Shown: positions 9,528 to 18,194, counted from the first letter of the stretch. The stretch is 32,000 bases of DNA from Thermosulfurimonas dismutans (GCF_001652585.1 NZ_LWLG01000001.1:1-32000); one strand, 5' to 3'. The notes: generated by a model not told the origin, from the letters alone. Numbers and translations: made by a program.

Positions 9528-10522
9528 GCCGTTTAAAACTACTACTTCTAGTTCTGGGGCTCTTTTTAATCACTTCCTGCGCCGTCCAAACCGGCCCTCC
9601 GGTAAGTCCGGAGGAGATCCGTCGATCTCAGGCCGAAATCTGGGAAATTAAACTTCAGGAATATTTCACCTGTGAGGAACGTGTAGGCCGACTCCTAATC
9701 CGTATCCTCCCACAAACCGAGCAGGAAAAACCTTATCCCTGGTTCCTAGTAAAGGGGGTAGACCTCGCGAGGACGCCGGAAGAAGTAGATCAGGCCCTTT
9801 CGGAAATCTTCAACGAAAACCTTCCGGAAAAAGGAATCCTGGTAACCTTTGTACACCCCTATTACCAGAACCAAGGTCTTCAACGAGGGATGCTTATCCG
9901 CAAGCTACTCTCCCAGGAAATAAGTCTAGAGCATCCCATAAAACTAGAGCTTACCACAGGGCAAAGATTGAATTTAAAATCCCTGGTCATCCAGACCCGG
10001 CCCGTAGACTTCCGCATTGTGGACAGCCCTCAGCCCAACGCTTGGGTTACACCCGACTACCGCCTGCACGTCACCACGGCCCTATGTCGGGTACTTACGA
10101 ACGACAACGAACTGGCGGCGGTGGTAGGCCACGAGCTGGCGCATCTCAAACGAGGGCACCTTAAAAAGCAGATGGCCCTTATGACCTTGAGGGATCTATT
10201 GGGAATAGGTATTTATGCCCTCGCCGGTCAGACTGCAAGAGATGTCTATCAGTTAGGCACCAACTTCGCCCTTCTCAAATTTTCTCGGGATCAGGAAAGG
10301 GAAGCCGACTTCTATGGCCTTTGGTATATCTATCGGGCAGGTTTCAATCTCGAACAAGCGGCCCAGGTCTGGATTCATTTGGCCGCTGTCCTCCCCCCTG
10401 GACCGCCGAACATACTTTCCACCCATCCCTCAAGCGCAGAACGCCTGGCCCGTATCCGAAAGATCGTAAAAGCCATCCAAGCCGGCCAAAGCTTTGAAGC
10501 CATAAAGGATAAAATCCAGTGA
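9524..10522 (+). CDS. M48 family metallopeptidase, lipoprotein (YcaL/LoiP-like)
   Basis: Lipobox LFLITS|[11 protein letters not shown] zinc motif, downstream [16 protein letters not shown] and [13 protein letters not shown]. The TTG start overlaps the htpX stop (TTGA). Confidence 0.8.
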   Translation: MSRLKLLLLVLGLFLITSCAVQTGPPVSPEEIRRSQAEIWEIKLQEYFTCEERVGRLLIRILPQTEQEKPYPWFLVKGVDLARTPEEVDQALSEIFNENLPEKGILVTFVHPYYQNQGLQRGMLIRKLLSQEISLEHPIKLELTTGQRLNLKSLVIQTRPVDFRIVDSPQPNAWVTPDYRLHVTTALCRVLTNDNELAAVVGHELAHLKRGHLKKQMALMTLRDLLGIGIYALAGQTARDVYQLGTNFALLKFSRDQEREADFYGLWYIYRAGFNLEQAAQVWIHLAAVLPPGPPNILSTHPSSAERLARIRKIVKAIQAGQSFEAIKDKIQ

Positions 10523-12252
10523 AAAAAAACAAAAGTTCTTTTTTAGTAAAAACTATTTTATTCTTTAGGCCTTACTGGTATTACGTATTGCTTTCCCTTA
10601 TCTTTGCCTTTTTGGCCTCTCTCACTTCGGGAGGCATTGCTTGGATGGTAAAACCTGTCATGGATCAAGTCTTCATCCAGAAAAACTATCTATATTTAAA
10701 ACTGTTACCCGTGGGGGTGTTCTTCTTTTTCTCGTTGCGAGGGGTAGCTTCTTTACTTCAGGCCTATTTCATGCGGACGGCTTCTTTGAAAATGGTAAAT
10801 GATATGAGAGTAAACCTCTATCGTAAGATCCTTCATCTTCCTCTGGCGTTGGTAAGCCGCGAAGGCACAGGTCAACACCTCTCCAGGGTCTTAAATGACA
10901 CTCTGGTGTTGGAACCCATTTTAAGTAACGTCTTAACGGTTTTTTTGCTCGAAGGATTCAGCATAATCATCCTCATAGGGGTAGCCTTTTCCCGCAGTAT
11001 TAAGCTCACCGTTTTTTCGTTAATTTTAATGCCTTTTATTGCTTACGGAGCTCGCAAACTGGGAAGTCGCGTTCGTAGTGCCCGTAAAAAAGCCCAGAGA
11101 ACTATAGGAGAGCTCTCGCATCGATTAACCGAAACTTTTACCGGCATTCGAGAAGTAAAAATATTTGGCCGCGAAACCGGAGTCCTTCGATTATTCCGAA
11201 GAGAAATTGACCGGTATGCCCGTTTTTTACTCAAAATCACCAAGTACCGAGAAGGTTCAAAGAGCTTGGTGGACCTTATGACGGGGCTTGGAGGGGCGAT
11301 GATTATTGCCTACGGGGGCTCCCTTATCATGAAAGGTGAACTTACACCGGGGGCCTTCTTTTCGGTATTGACTGCCATTCTCATGCTCTTCACCCCGATA
11401 CGCAAAATGGCCCGGGCTTACACCGGACTCTCAGATGCTCAAGCCGCCTGGGAAAGAATTGAAGAGATACTTACCCTCCCCGAAGAAAAAGGAGGAACAC
11501 TTAAAGCCCATCCTCCTAAAAGGCATATCTTTCTCGAAAGCGTCTCTTTTCGTTACCCTGAAGCCGAAAGTTTGGCCCTCAAAGATATCTCCCTTGAGAT
11601 TCCAGTAGGACGGGTCACGGCCCTAGTAGGACCAAGCGGAGCGGGAAAATCCACCTTGGCCGCTCTTATCCCCCGCTTTTATGATCCCACTGAAGGTCGC
11701 GTCCTACTTGACGGAACGGACTTGAGAGAATTCGATCTCGAATCCCTGAGGGCCCTCATCGGTATCGTTTCCCAAGAGATAGTCATCTTTAACGCCACTG
11801 TGGCCGAAAATATCGCCTTCGGCGATCCGGAAGCCTCACCAGAAGCTATCCAAGAAGCTGCCAGGCTCGCCAATGCCCACGAATTCATAGAAAAACTGCC
11901 TCAGGGCTATCACACCCTCCTTGGCGAAGGCGGCGTTTCCCTCTCTGGAGGCCAGAAACAACGTTTGGCTATCGCCCGGGCTATTCTGCGTAACCCTCCT
12001 ATCCTGATCCTGGACGAAGCCACCAGCCATCTGGACCCCCTTTCCGAAAAACTGATCCAAGATGCCCTTTACCGCCTGATGCAAGGGAGAACCACCATTG
12101 TCATCGCCCACAGGTTATCCACCATAAAGGGGGCCCATAAGATCGTAGTACTAGACAAAGGCCAGATCGTAGCCGAAGGGCCGCACGATAAACTCATTGA
12201 AGAATGCAAGCTCTACCGAGAGCTTTATAGCGTATTTGAGGGGCGGCCTTGA
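10519..12252 (+). CDS. ABC transporter permease/ATP-binding protein (MsbA-like exporter)
   Basis: 577 aa. A six-TM exporter domain is followed by an NBD with Walker A (GPSGAGKST), the ABC signature (LSGGQKQR) and Walker B (ILILDEATS). The GTG start overlaps the upstream stop (GTGA). Confidence 0.9.
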   Translation: MKKNKSSFLVKTILFFRPYWYYVLLSLIFAFLASLTSGGIAWMVKPVMDQVFIQKNYLYLKLLPVGVFFFFSLRGVASLLQAYFMRTASLKMVNDMRVNLYRKILHLPLALVSREGTGQHLSRVLNDTLVLEPILSNVLTVFLLEGFSIIILIGVAFSRSIKLTVFSLILMPFIAYGARKLGSRVRSARKKAQRTIGELSHRLTETFTGIREVKIFGRETGVLRLFRREIDRYARFLLKITKYREGSKSLVDLMTGLGGAMIIAYGGSLIMKGELTPGAFFSVLTAILMLFTPIRKMARAYTGLSDAQAAWERIEEILTLPEEKGGTLKAHPPKRHIFLESVSFRYPEAESLALKDISLEIPVGRVTALVGPSGAGKSTLAALIPRFYDPTEGRVLLDGTDLREFDLESLRALIGIVSQEIVIFNATVAENIAFGDPEASPEAIQEAARLANAHEFIEKLPQGYHTLLGEGGVSLSGGQKQRLAIARAILRNPPILILDEATSHLDPLSEKLIQDALYRLMQGRTTIVIAHRLSTIKGAHKIVVLDKGQIVAEGPHDKLIEECKLYRELYSVFEGRP

Positions 12253-12974
12253 ACTCTTAGGACCTGGTAACGCCACACGGAAAGCAAAAAAAGGACCGCG
12301 GTCTCGGCACGCAGGATGTAAGGTCCGAGATCTAAAGCCTCAAAATCAAATTTCTCAAATAGCCTCACCTCTTCTTCAGAAAATCCACCTTCCGGCCCCA
12401 CGGCCAGTGCAAGTCTTTCCGGAAAAATCTCAAAAGATTCGAAAACCTCAGCTAAAGGTATTCCCCCTCTCTCATAAGCAAAATATCGGTAAGAGGCCTC
12501 TAATCGAACAAGGCTTTCCTGAAGTTTCCGTGGCGCTTCGATTTCCGGAAGCCATAGACGTCCGCTTTGTTTGAGGGCCTGGATGGCTCGCTTTTGAAGA
12601 CGTGTTTTTATTTTTTCAACGGGCTTGACCACCGTATAGCGGCTTAAAACGGGTATAATCCTAGTGGCTGCAAGTTCGGTAGCCTTTTCCACCAAGAACT
12701 CCGAGCGACCTCCCTTAAGAAGGGGCATCAGGAGCTCAAGGCGAAAATCTGGCTTTGGTTCCGCACGATGAAGATTCTCCGGGAACACCCAAACCTGTGT
12801 TTTTGCAACCTCCAGCACCCTGGCCTCCCATTCCTGGCCCTGACCGTTCAAAAGGAAGATCCTTTTTTCGGGCCCTAGGCGTAGTACATCCCGCAAATGG
12901 TGGCCTTCTTCGGAAGAAAGAAGACAAGGCTCGCCTGGCACAATTTCAGGTGCAAAGAACCTGGGGAGGCTCAT
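12225..12974 (-). CDS. rsmE: 16S rRNA (uracil1498-N3)-methyltransferase RsmE
   Basis: 249 aa with a PUA-like N-terminus (MSLPRFFAPEI...GHHLRDVLRL) and a SPOUT C-terminus carrying LAVGPEGGFSEEE. ATGA overlap with the upstream gene. Confidence 0.88.
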   Translation of the reverse strand: MSLPRFFAPEIVPGEPCLLSSEEGHHLRDVLRLGPEKRIFLLNGQGQEWEARVLEVAKTQVWVFPENLHRAEPKPDFRLELLMPLLKGGRSEFLVEKATELAATRIIPVLSRYTVVKPVEKIKTRLQKRAIQALKQSGRLWLPEIEAPRKLQESLVRLEASYRYFAYERGGIPLAEVFESFEIFPERLALAVGPEGGFSEEEVRLFEKFDFEALDLGPYILRAETAVLFLLSVWRYQVLRVQGRPSNTL

Positions 12975-13711
12975 ACCCGGAGATTGACCTTCTCAAGCCC
13001 CTCTTTCAAGGCCGGGAATCCTTTAGCCTCAGCCACCAGGCGAAAGATCCTTTCTTTCTGACGAACCCTCACCCCGGAAAGGAGGGTCACCGGTGTGAAC
13101 CTGAAAACTTCCGGAGCAAGCGGGGTACTGGCCCCAAGAAGCACGACCTCCCGGGCCCTTTTGATTTGACCCAAAATATCCTCTAAAGTACGGTTAATGA
13201 GGGTTACAGAGGTAATAAAAACCAAACTTGCCCGTGGTAGATATTCCGGCATTTCGGCCTCAGAAAGCAGTCCCGGCCCATGTCGTTCGCCCTTCTCAAA
13301 TATCCATAGCGCCTTTACTCGCCCCGAAAGTTTCCGGGCCAAGGGCTCAAAGTAGCCTACCATGGCTACTTCGTCCTCGGGCTTAGGAGAAATCACCGAA
13401 AGGGTGTCCCCATAGAGAAAGGAAAGCTCGCGATTATTGAGAAGGGCATTGACCGTAGCCAAAGCAATAGTGGTCTCTAAGGAATGAGAAGAAAGAAGCC
13501 CCCTCAAGACCAAATCTGCCGGTTTTCCCCAAAAGGTAAGTTCCTTCGGGAGGATTTCACAGCAACCGGACTCAAAAAGGGTATAAGCCAGACCGACTTG
13601 ACCTCCGGAGATCTCCACCGCAGTATAACCGAGACCGATGCAAAGCCTCTCAATAACCTTGCCCCTTGCAAGCGGCAGGGTCACCTCTAGTAGACGGTCA
13701 TAAAGGGTCAT
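12971..13711 (-). CDS. DUF4213/DUF364 domain protein (Rossmann-like, putative heavy-metal chelation domain family)
   Basis: 246 aa. The layout (N-terminal LGYTAVEISGGQVGLAYT block, C-terminal VAMVGYF...ITSVTLINRTLE...VVLLGASTPL Rossmann-like block) matches my recollection of this family. No search was run. ATGA overlaps on both sides. Confidence 0.72.
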   Translation of the reverse strand: MTLYDRLLEVTLPLARGKVIERLCIGLGYTAVEISGGQVGLAYTLFESGCCEILPKELTFWGKPADLVLRGLLSSHSLETTIALATVNALLNNRELSFLYGDTLSVISPKPEDEVAMVGYFEPLARKLSGRVKALWIFEKGERHGPGLLSEAEMPEYLPRASLVFITSVTLINRTLEDILGQIKRAREVVLLGASTPLAPEVFRFTPVTLLSGVRVRQKERIFRLVAEAKGFPALKEGLEKVNLRV

Positions 13712-14754
13712 TTCTTGAAAACGCTTTCTATAACCTTGTCGGCGAGCTCAAGAAACGCTTTTGCGGCTTCGGTCTCGGAATGGAGCACCACCGGCTCCTT
13801 TAAACGATTGACCTCCGGGGCAAGAGGAATGCGTATCAGAAGTGGCACTCGCAGTTCCCTTGATAGTCTCTCGCCTCCCCCCTCACCAAAAACCGAAACC
13901 TCCCGTCCCTCAAGCCGCAGGTAGGCCATGTTCTCCACCAAGCCCAGTACCGGCACCTTCAGGTCCTCAAACATCTTGGCACAACGTCTCACGTCCGCCA
14001 CCGAGAGCTCCTGAGGCGTGGTGACCATGATTACCCCTTTGGGCTGATAAGTCTGACACACCGAAAGGGGGGCGTCTCCGGTGCCCGGGGGAAGGTCCAC
14101 CAGCAGGAAATCAAGCGGCCCCCATTCCACCACCTCTGCGAGTTCGCGTAAGGCCTTTCCTACCAGCGGCCCTCGCCAGACAAAGGGCTGGCCCGGAGGA
14201 GCCAGAAAGGCGAAACTCATTACCTTGACCCCATGCCGCACAAGAGGCTGAATCTTCCCAGCCACGACCTCCGGGCGTTCTGCCTCATCAAATCCCATGA
14301 GAAGAGGAACGTTAGGACCGTAAAGATCGGCATCCATGATCCCGGTCTTAAACCCCTTGAGGTTCAGGGCCACCGCCAGGTTCACGCTCACGGTACTCTT
14401 GCCCACCCCGCCCTTGCCGCTGGCTACCGCCAGCACAAACCGCACGTCCCGGATACCAAGATGTTCCTTCTTGGGCTTGGCTCCGAAGATCCGGGCCCGT
14501 TCCTCCGGTGTCATGACCGAAAGTTCGACCTCTACTTCTGAAACCTCCGGAAGCGTGGAGACCGCCCTCTTCACCTCGTCGGCGATCTGTTTTTTAAGAG
14601 GACAACCTCCGGTGGTAAGGGCCACCTCTACCTTGACCAGCTCGCCTTCGACCTTTACCTCCCGGATCATCCCCAAGGAGACCAGATCCCGATTGAGTTC
14701 GGGATCCTTTACCGTCCGGAGGATTTCTAAGACTTTCTCTTTGGTGACCGCCAT
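13708..14754 (-). CDS. mrp: Mrp/NBP35 family Fe-S cluster carrier ATPase (ApbC-like)
   Basis: The N-terminal DUF59/MIP18-like domain shows VKDPELNRDLVSLGMI. The P-loop ATPase has the deviant Walker A VASGKGGVGKST. 348 aa. Confidence 0.92.
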   Translation of the reverse strand: MAVTKEKVLEILRTVKDPELNRDLVSLGMIREVKVEGELVKVEVALTTGGCPLKKQIADEVKRAVSTLPEVSEVEVELSVMTPEERARIFGAKPKKEHLGIRDVRFVLAVASGKGGVGKSTVSVNLAVALNLKGFKTGIMDADLYGPNVPLLMGFDEAERPEVVAGKIQPLVRHGVKVMSFAFLAPPGQPFVWRGPLVGKALRELAEVVEWGPLDFLLVDLPPGTGDAPLSVCQTYQPKGVIMVTTPQELSVADVRRCAKMFEDLKVPVLGLVENMAYLRLEGREVSVFGEGGGERLSRELRVPLLIRIPLAPEVNRLKEPVVLHSETEAAKAFLELADKVIESVFKK

Positions 14755-14756
14755 CT

Positions 14757-15569
14757 TTAGACCTCTTTCAGACCCAGGACGTCATGCATATCATAGACTC
14801 CGGGGGCCTTGTCCGCTACCCAGATGGCAGCCCTCACAGCTCCTCGGGCGAAGGTGTCGCGGCTGGCGGCCCGGTGGGTAAGCTCAATTCTTTCCCCCGG
14901 CCCGGCAAAAAGTACGGTGTGCTCCCCTACAATCTCTCCGGCCCGGATGGTCTGGATGCCGATCTCTTTCTTAGGACGTTCACCAATGATCCCCTCCCGG
15001 CAGAAACGGAAAGTAGAGTCGTCCCAGCCCAGAGTCTTAGCGATGACATTGGCCAAAGCGATGGCCGTACCGCTGGGAGCATCCTTCTTCATGCGATGGT
15101 GGGCCTCTACGATCTCGATATCAAAATCCTCTCCGAGAATGCGGGTGGCGACCTCTACCAGTTTGTAAAGCAGATTGATACCGAGGCTCATATTGTAGGC
15201 CTGCACCAAGGGGAAGTTTTTCCGGGCCAACTCATGAACCTCGGAAAGCTCCTCCTTGGCAAAACCCGTGGTCCCGATCACCATGGCCTTGCCGTAACGG
15301 GCATTTATACGCGCGTGCTCCAGAGAAGCGGTGTGAAAGGTGAAGTCGATGATTACGTCGCCCTTTTCGATCACCTTTTCCAGCCCGTCCTCCACCACCA
15401 CGCCGGTCTTTTCGGAAAGTCCAAGGATTTCGGCCACATCTTTGCCCACCGCTGGACTCTTGGGATGCTCGAAGGCCCCTACCAACTCAATACCTTCGGT
15501 CTTTAAAATATTGCGTATGATGGTGGTCCCCATGCGTCCGGCTGCACCGGCCACAATGGCTCTTACCAT
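14757..15569 (-). CDS. dapB: 4-hydroxy-tetrahydrodipicolinate reductase
   Basis: The true start is ATG 15569 (MVRAIVAGAAGRMG), preceded by GGAGGAGG. EAHHRMKKDAPSGTA motif; 270 aa. The ORF track's extension to 15806 overlaps the upstream gene and is spurious. Confidence 0.92.
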   Translation of the reverse strand: MVRAIVAGAAGRMGTTIIRNILKTEGIELVGAFEHPKSPAVGKDVAEILGLSEKTGVVVEDGLEKVIEKGDVIIDFTFHTASLEHARINARYGKAMVIGTTGFAKEELSEVHELARKNFPLVQAYNMSLGINLLYKLVEVATRILGEDFDIEIVEAHHRMKKDAPSGTAIALANVIAKTLGWDDSTFRFCREGIIGERPKKEIGIQTIRAGEIVGEHTVLFAGPGERIELTHRAASRDTFARGAVRAAIWVADKAPGVYDMHDVLGLKEV

Positions 15570-16339
15570 GGCATACCTCCTCCCTGTGGTATATTTCCGG
15601 GATAGCCTCCGCCGTAAGAGGACATCTTCTTGAACCCCGCAGGCACGGAAAAATAACTCCGCGGGAGTTCCTTCTTTTCCACTTTGGTGACTTCCTGAAC
15701 GCGTTGACCTTGGTAATAGATCTCTTTTAAAGGATACCCCAGTTCCTGCTCCTTGGTCAGCCAGCTCATAGACTCGGCCCCTTGCGGACTGAATCCCCCC
15801 TGCCATTCCGATGGGACCATGGCCTTGACCATTTCAGCAAACTTCTTGAGATCACAACTTTTGGCCATATCCTGGGCCAGTTTTTTGGAAACCCAGATTT
15901 CTCGCACAGGTCTTCCGTTCTCAAAAACGATGACCTGCTCAGCCAAATAACCTGCAATAGTCTGTTTCTGGCCCGTCTTCTTGTAAGTAACCTGGGGCCT
16001 GGCCGGCTCGGCCTCCGTGGCCGCCTGGCCACCACCGAAAAATTTTCCAAAACGTTTGGCAAAGGCTCCCATAGATTGCTGCATTTGTCTTAGACGTTCC
16101 CGGCTCTCGGCGGCTGTGGTCTCGTAATAGGTCTTTTCTGTCACCATAACGGTGTAGCTCACCTGCCGATTGGCATCCATGATGACGTAATAACGATCAG
16201 TTCCAGTCCGAGACCAACCATCCTGACAAACCCAATAATATGTATCCCCATCAGAGGTCCGACCCTGGATGACCATCCCGGCCATACCCGAAGCCGAAAA
16301 AACCATCAAAGCCCAAAATAAAATCACAATCCGTTTCAT
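15563..16339 (-). CDS. Secreted hypothetical protein (possibly DUF4412-like)
   Basis: 258 aa with an N-terminal signal peptide (MKRIVILFWALMVFSASGMA) and AAGAGGGG SD. YKKTGQKQTIAGY and FSVPAGFKK blocks resemble DUF4412 as I remember it (unverified). Gly/Pro-rich tail GGGYPGNIPQGGGMPW. Confidence 0.62.
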   Translation of the reverse strand: MKRIVILFWALMVFSASGMAGMVIQGRTSDGDTYYWVCQDGWSRTGTDRYYVIMDANRQVSYTVMVTEKTYYETTAAESRERLRQMQQSMGAFAKRFGKFFGGGQAATEAEPARPQVTYKKTGQKQTIAGYLAEQVIVFENGRPVREIWVSKKLAQDMAKSCDLKKFAEMVKAMVPSEWQGGFSPQGAESMSWLTKEQELGYPLKEIYYQGQRVQEVTKVEKKELPRSYFSVPAGFKKMSSYGGGYPGNIPQGGGMPW

Positions 16340-16374
16340 ATTCCCCTCTTAATTGAGTGTCCCCCTTAGGGCTC

Positions 16375-17307
16375 TCAAACCAGGTTGTATTCCGCAAGCA
16401 CCCCTTTGAGTTTTTCCACGTTGGCCTCGCTCATGGGAGCCAGAGGCAACCTCACTTCCGGGCTCTCTATCTTGCCCATAAGCCAGAGGGCGGTCTTGGC
16501 CGGTACGGGATTGGTCTCGATAAACATGGCCTTGAAAAGCGGATAAAGTTTGAAGTGCAGTTTCCGAGCCTTATCCCAGTTCCCTTTGAGACAAGCCTCC
16601 ATGAGCTGGGCCATCTCCTTGGGCACCACATTGGCCGCTACCGAGATCACTCCATGTCCCCCGAGGGCCATGAGGCTGAAGGCCGTAAAGTCGTCCCCAG
16701 AAAAGACCCGGAAACGATTACCACAGAGGCGGAAGATCTCCGTGGCCTGTTTCATGCACCCTGTGGCCTCCTTGATCCCGATGATGTTTTTGATCTTGGA
16801 GAGTCGCGCCACAGTCTCCGGAGCCAAGCTCACGGAGGTTCGTCCCGGGACATTGTAAAGAATAATAGGAATTTTCACGGCCTTGGCCACGGCCTCATAG
16901 TGACGATAGAGGCCTTCCTGCGTGGGTTTATTATAGTATGGCGTTACCATAAGGACTGCATCCGCCCCCATCTCCTTGGCCATTTTAGTGAGCTCTATGG
17001 AGACCTCGGTGTTGTTGGTACCCGTTCCGGCTATGACCGGCACCTTACCTTTGGCCTCCTCAAGGGCGATCTCAAAAAGACGAGCCTTTTCCTCCTTGCT
17101 AAGGGTGGCGGACTCTCCCGTGGTACCCACCACCACCAACCCGTGGGTCTTTTCCTTAAGATGCCATTTTACAAGGGCCCGGAAACCGTCCTCGTCCACC
17201 TTGCCGTCCTTAAAGGGGGTGATGATAGCCACCAAGGAACCCTTGATATCCTGGGCATCAAAACCTTTAGTCTTAGTGGTTTTGCACCTTTTCGTTCCAC
17301 ACGGCAT
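16375..17307 (-). CDS. dapA: 4-hydroxy-tetrahydrodipicolinate synthase
   Basis: GTTGESATL, YNVPGRT and IIGIKEATG (catalytic Lys context). AAGGAGG SD lies 7 nt before ATG 17307. This start adds an unusual extension of about 20 aa. Confidence 0.95.
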   Translation of the reverse strand: MPCGTKRCKTTKTKGFDAQDIKGSLVAIITPFKDGKVDEDGFRALVKWHLKEKTHGLVVVGTTGESATLSKEEKARLFEIALEEAKGKVPVIAGTGTNNTEVSIELTKMAKEMGADAVLMVTPYYNKPTQEGLYRHYEAVAKAVKIPIILYNVPGRTSVSLAPETVARLSKIKNIIGIKEATGCMKQATEIFRLCGNRFRVFSGDDFTAFSLMALGGHGVISVAANVVPKEMAQLMEACLKGNWDKARKLHFKLYPLFKAMFIETNPVPAKTALWLMGKIESPEVRLPLAPMSEANVEKLKGVLAEYNLV

Positions 17308-17329
17308 TGGAAAACCTCCTTTTTCACGG

Positions 17330-17360
17330 AAGTTTTAAGTTCTTAAATAACTTAAAATTT
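17330..17360. promoter_or_regulatory. AT-rich imperfect palindrome (12-bp arms, 11/12 paired, 7-nt spacer) in the dapF-dapA intergenic region
   Basis: AAGTTTTAAGTT (17330-17341), CTTAAAT, AACTTAAAATTT (17349-17360). There is no trailing U-run on the minus strand, so it is not a classical intrinsic terminator. Function is unknown. Confidence 0.3.
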
Positions 17361-17369
17361 TTGAAAAAA

Positions 17370-18194
17370 CTAGTCCAAAAGGGCCTCAGGATAAAGGTAG
17401 CCCCTGTAGATTTTCCGGGCCTCGCCTTCCAGGGAGACCCGCTCCCCCTCAAGATGGATTATGAGAACCTCTCCGCCCCGAGTCTTTACCGGCACCGGAG
17501 ATCGAACCAATCCCAAACGTTCCGCAATCAAAGCGGCAGCCGAAGCCCCGGTACCACAGGCTAGGGTTTCATCCTCTACTCCTCGTTCGTAGGTCCGAAT
17601 GGAAAGTCTTCCCTCCGGCTCGACCTTTACAAAGTTCACATTGGTCCCCGCGGGCAAAAACATTTCATGGTAACGAATTTTCCGCCCCAATTCTCTCACC
17701 GGGACACCTTCCAGGTCTTCTACCAAGATGACCGTATGTGGAACCCCGGTATTTACAAAATGGGCCTCCAGGCTCTTCTCCTCAAGGGGAAGCTCCAAAC
17801 CAAGTTTCAAATCTTTAGGGGTGGTGAGCTCCACTTTGACCCGAGAGCCAGAAACCTCGGCCCGGATCTCACCGGCCAGGGTCTCAAAGACCAGAGGGCT
17901 CTTCGCCAGGCCTTCTTCTACTGCAAACCGGGCCGCACACCGCCCACCATTGCCACACATTTCGGCCTCGGAACCATCGGCGTTGTAAAAACGCCAGGCA
18001 AAGGCGTTACCAACCTTTTTGGGGGGTTCAATTAGAATCAGACCGTCGGCCCCCACCGAAAGCCGCCGCCGACAGAGCTTCCAGGCCAGCTCAGGGCCTT
18101 CATGAGCCGCTATCCGGCCTGCGAAATTGTTTATCAGGATGAAATCATTTCCCGAGGCCTGCATCTTGAGGAAGTATAAAACCTCCTCTCTCAT
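17370..18194 (-). CDS. dapF: Diaminopimelate epimerase
   Basis: 274 aa with the GNDF motif and both catalytic Cys contexts (MCGNGGRCAARF, TLACGTGASAAAL). ATGA overlap with aroB. Confidence 0.93.
   Translation of the reverse strand: MREEVLYFLKMQASGNDFILINNFAGRIAAHEGPELAWKLCRRRLSVGADGLILIEPPKKVGNAFAWRFYNADGSEAEMCGNGGRCAARFAVEEGLAKSPLVFETLAGEIRAEVSGSRVKVELTTPKDLKLGLELPLEEKSLEAHFVNTGVPHTVILVEDLEGVPVRELGRKIRYHEMFLPAGTNVNFVKVEPEGRLSIRTYERGVEDETLACGTGASAAALIAERLGLVRSPVPVKTRGGEVLIIHLEGERVSLEGEARKIYRGYLYPEALLD

Noticed and set aside
10519-10535. An A8 homopolymer at the start of the ABC exporter gene (GTGAAAAAAAAC). A similar A8 lies near 26495.
   Set aside because: The reading frames are intact and encode plausible Lys-rich N-terminal and internal sequence. 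There is no evidence of a frameshift or phase variation.
14784-15506. A 240-aa plus-strand ORF antisense to dapB. Similar antisense ORFs lie at 22633-23247 (proS), 18617-19099 (aroB) and 19705-20199 (trpA).
   Set aside because: These are shadow ORFs inside well-supported genes. They have no start context and no family resemblance.
15570-15806. The upstream extension of the dapB ORF (349 aa in the track).
   Set aside because: The extension overlaps the secreted-protein gene in another frame and has no homology to DapB. The conserved N-terminus MVRAIVAGAAGRMG begins at ATG 15569, just after GGAGGAGG.
16357-17346. A 329-aa plus-strand ORF spanning the whole dapA locus.
   Set aside because: It is a mirror-frame shadow of dapA, which has a perfect SD and all catalytic motifs. 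The translation is His/Gly/Leu/Arg-rich with no domain signature.
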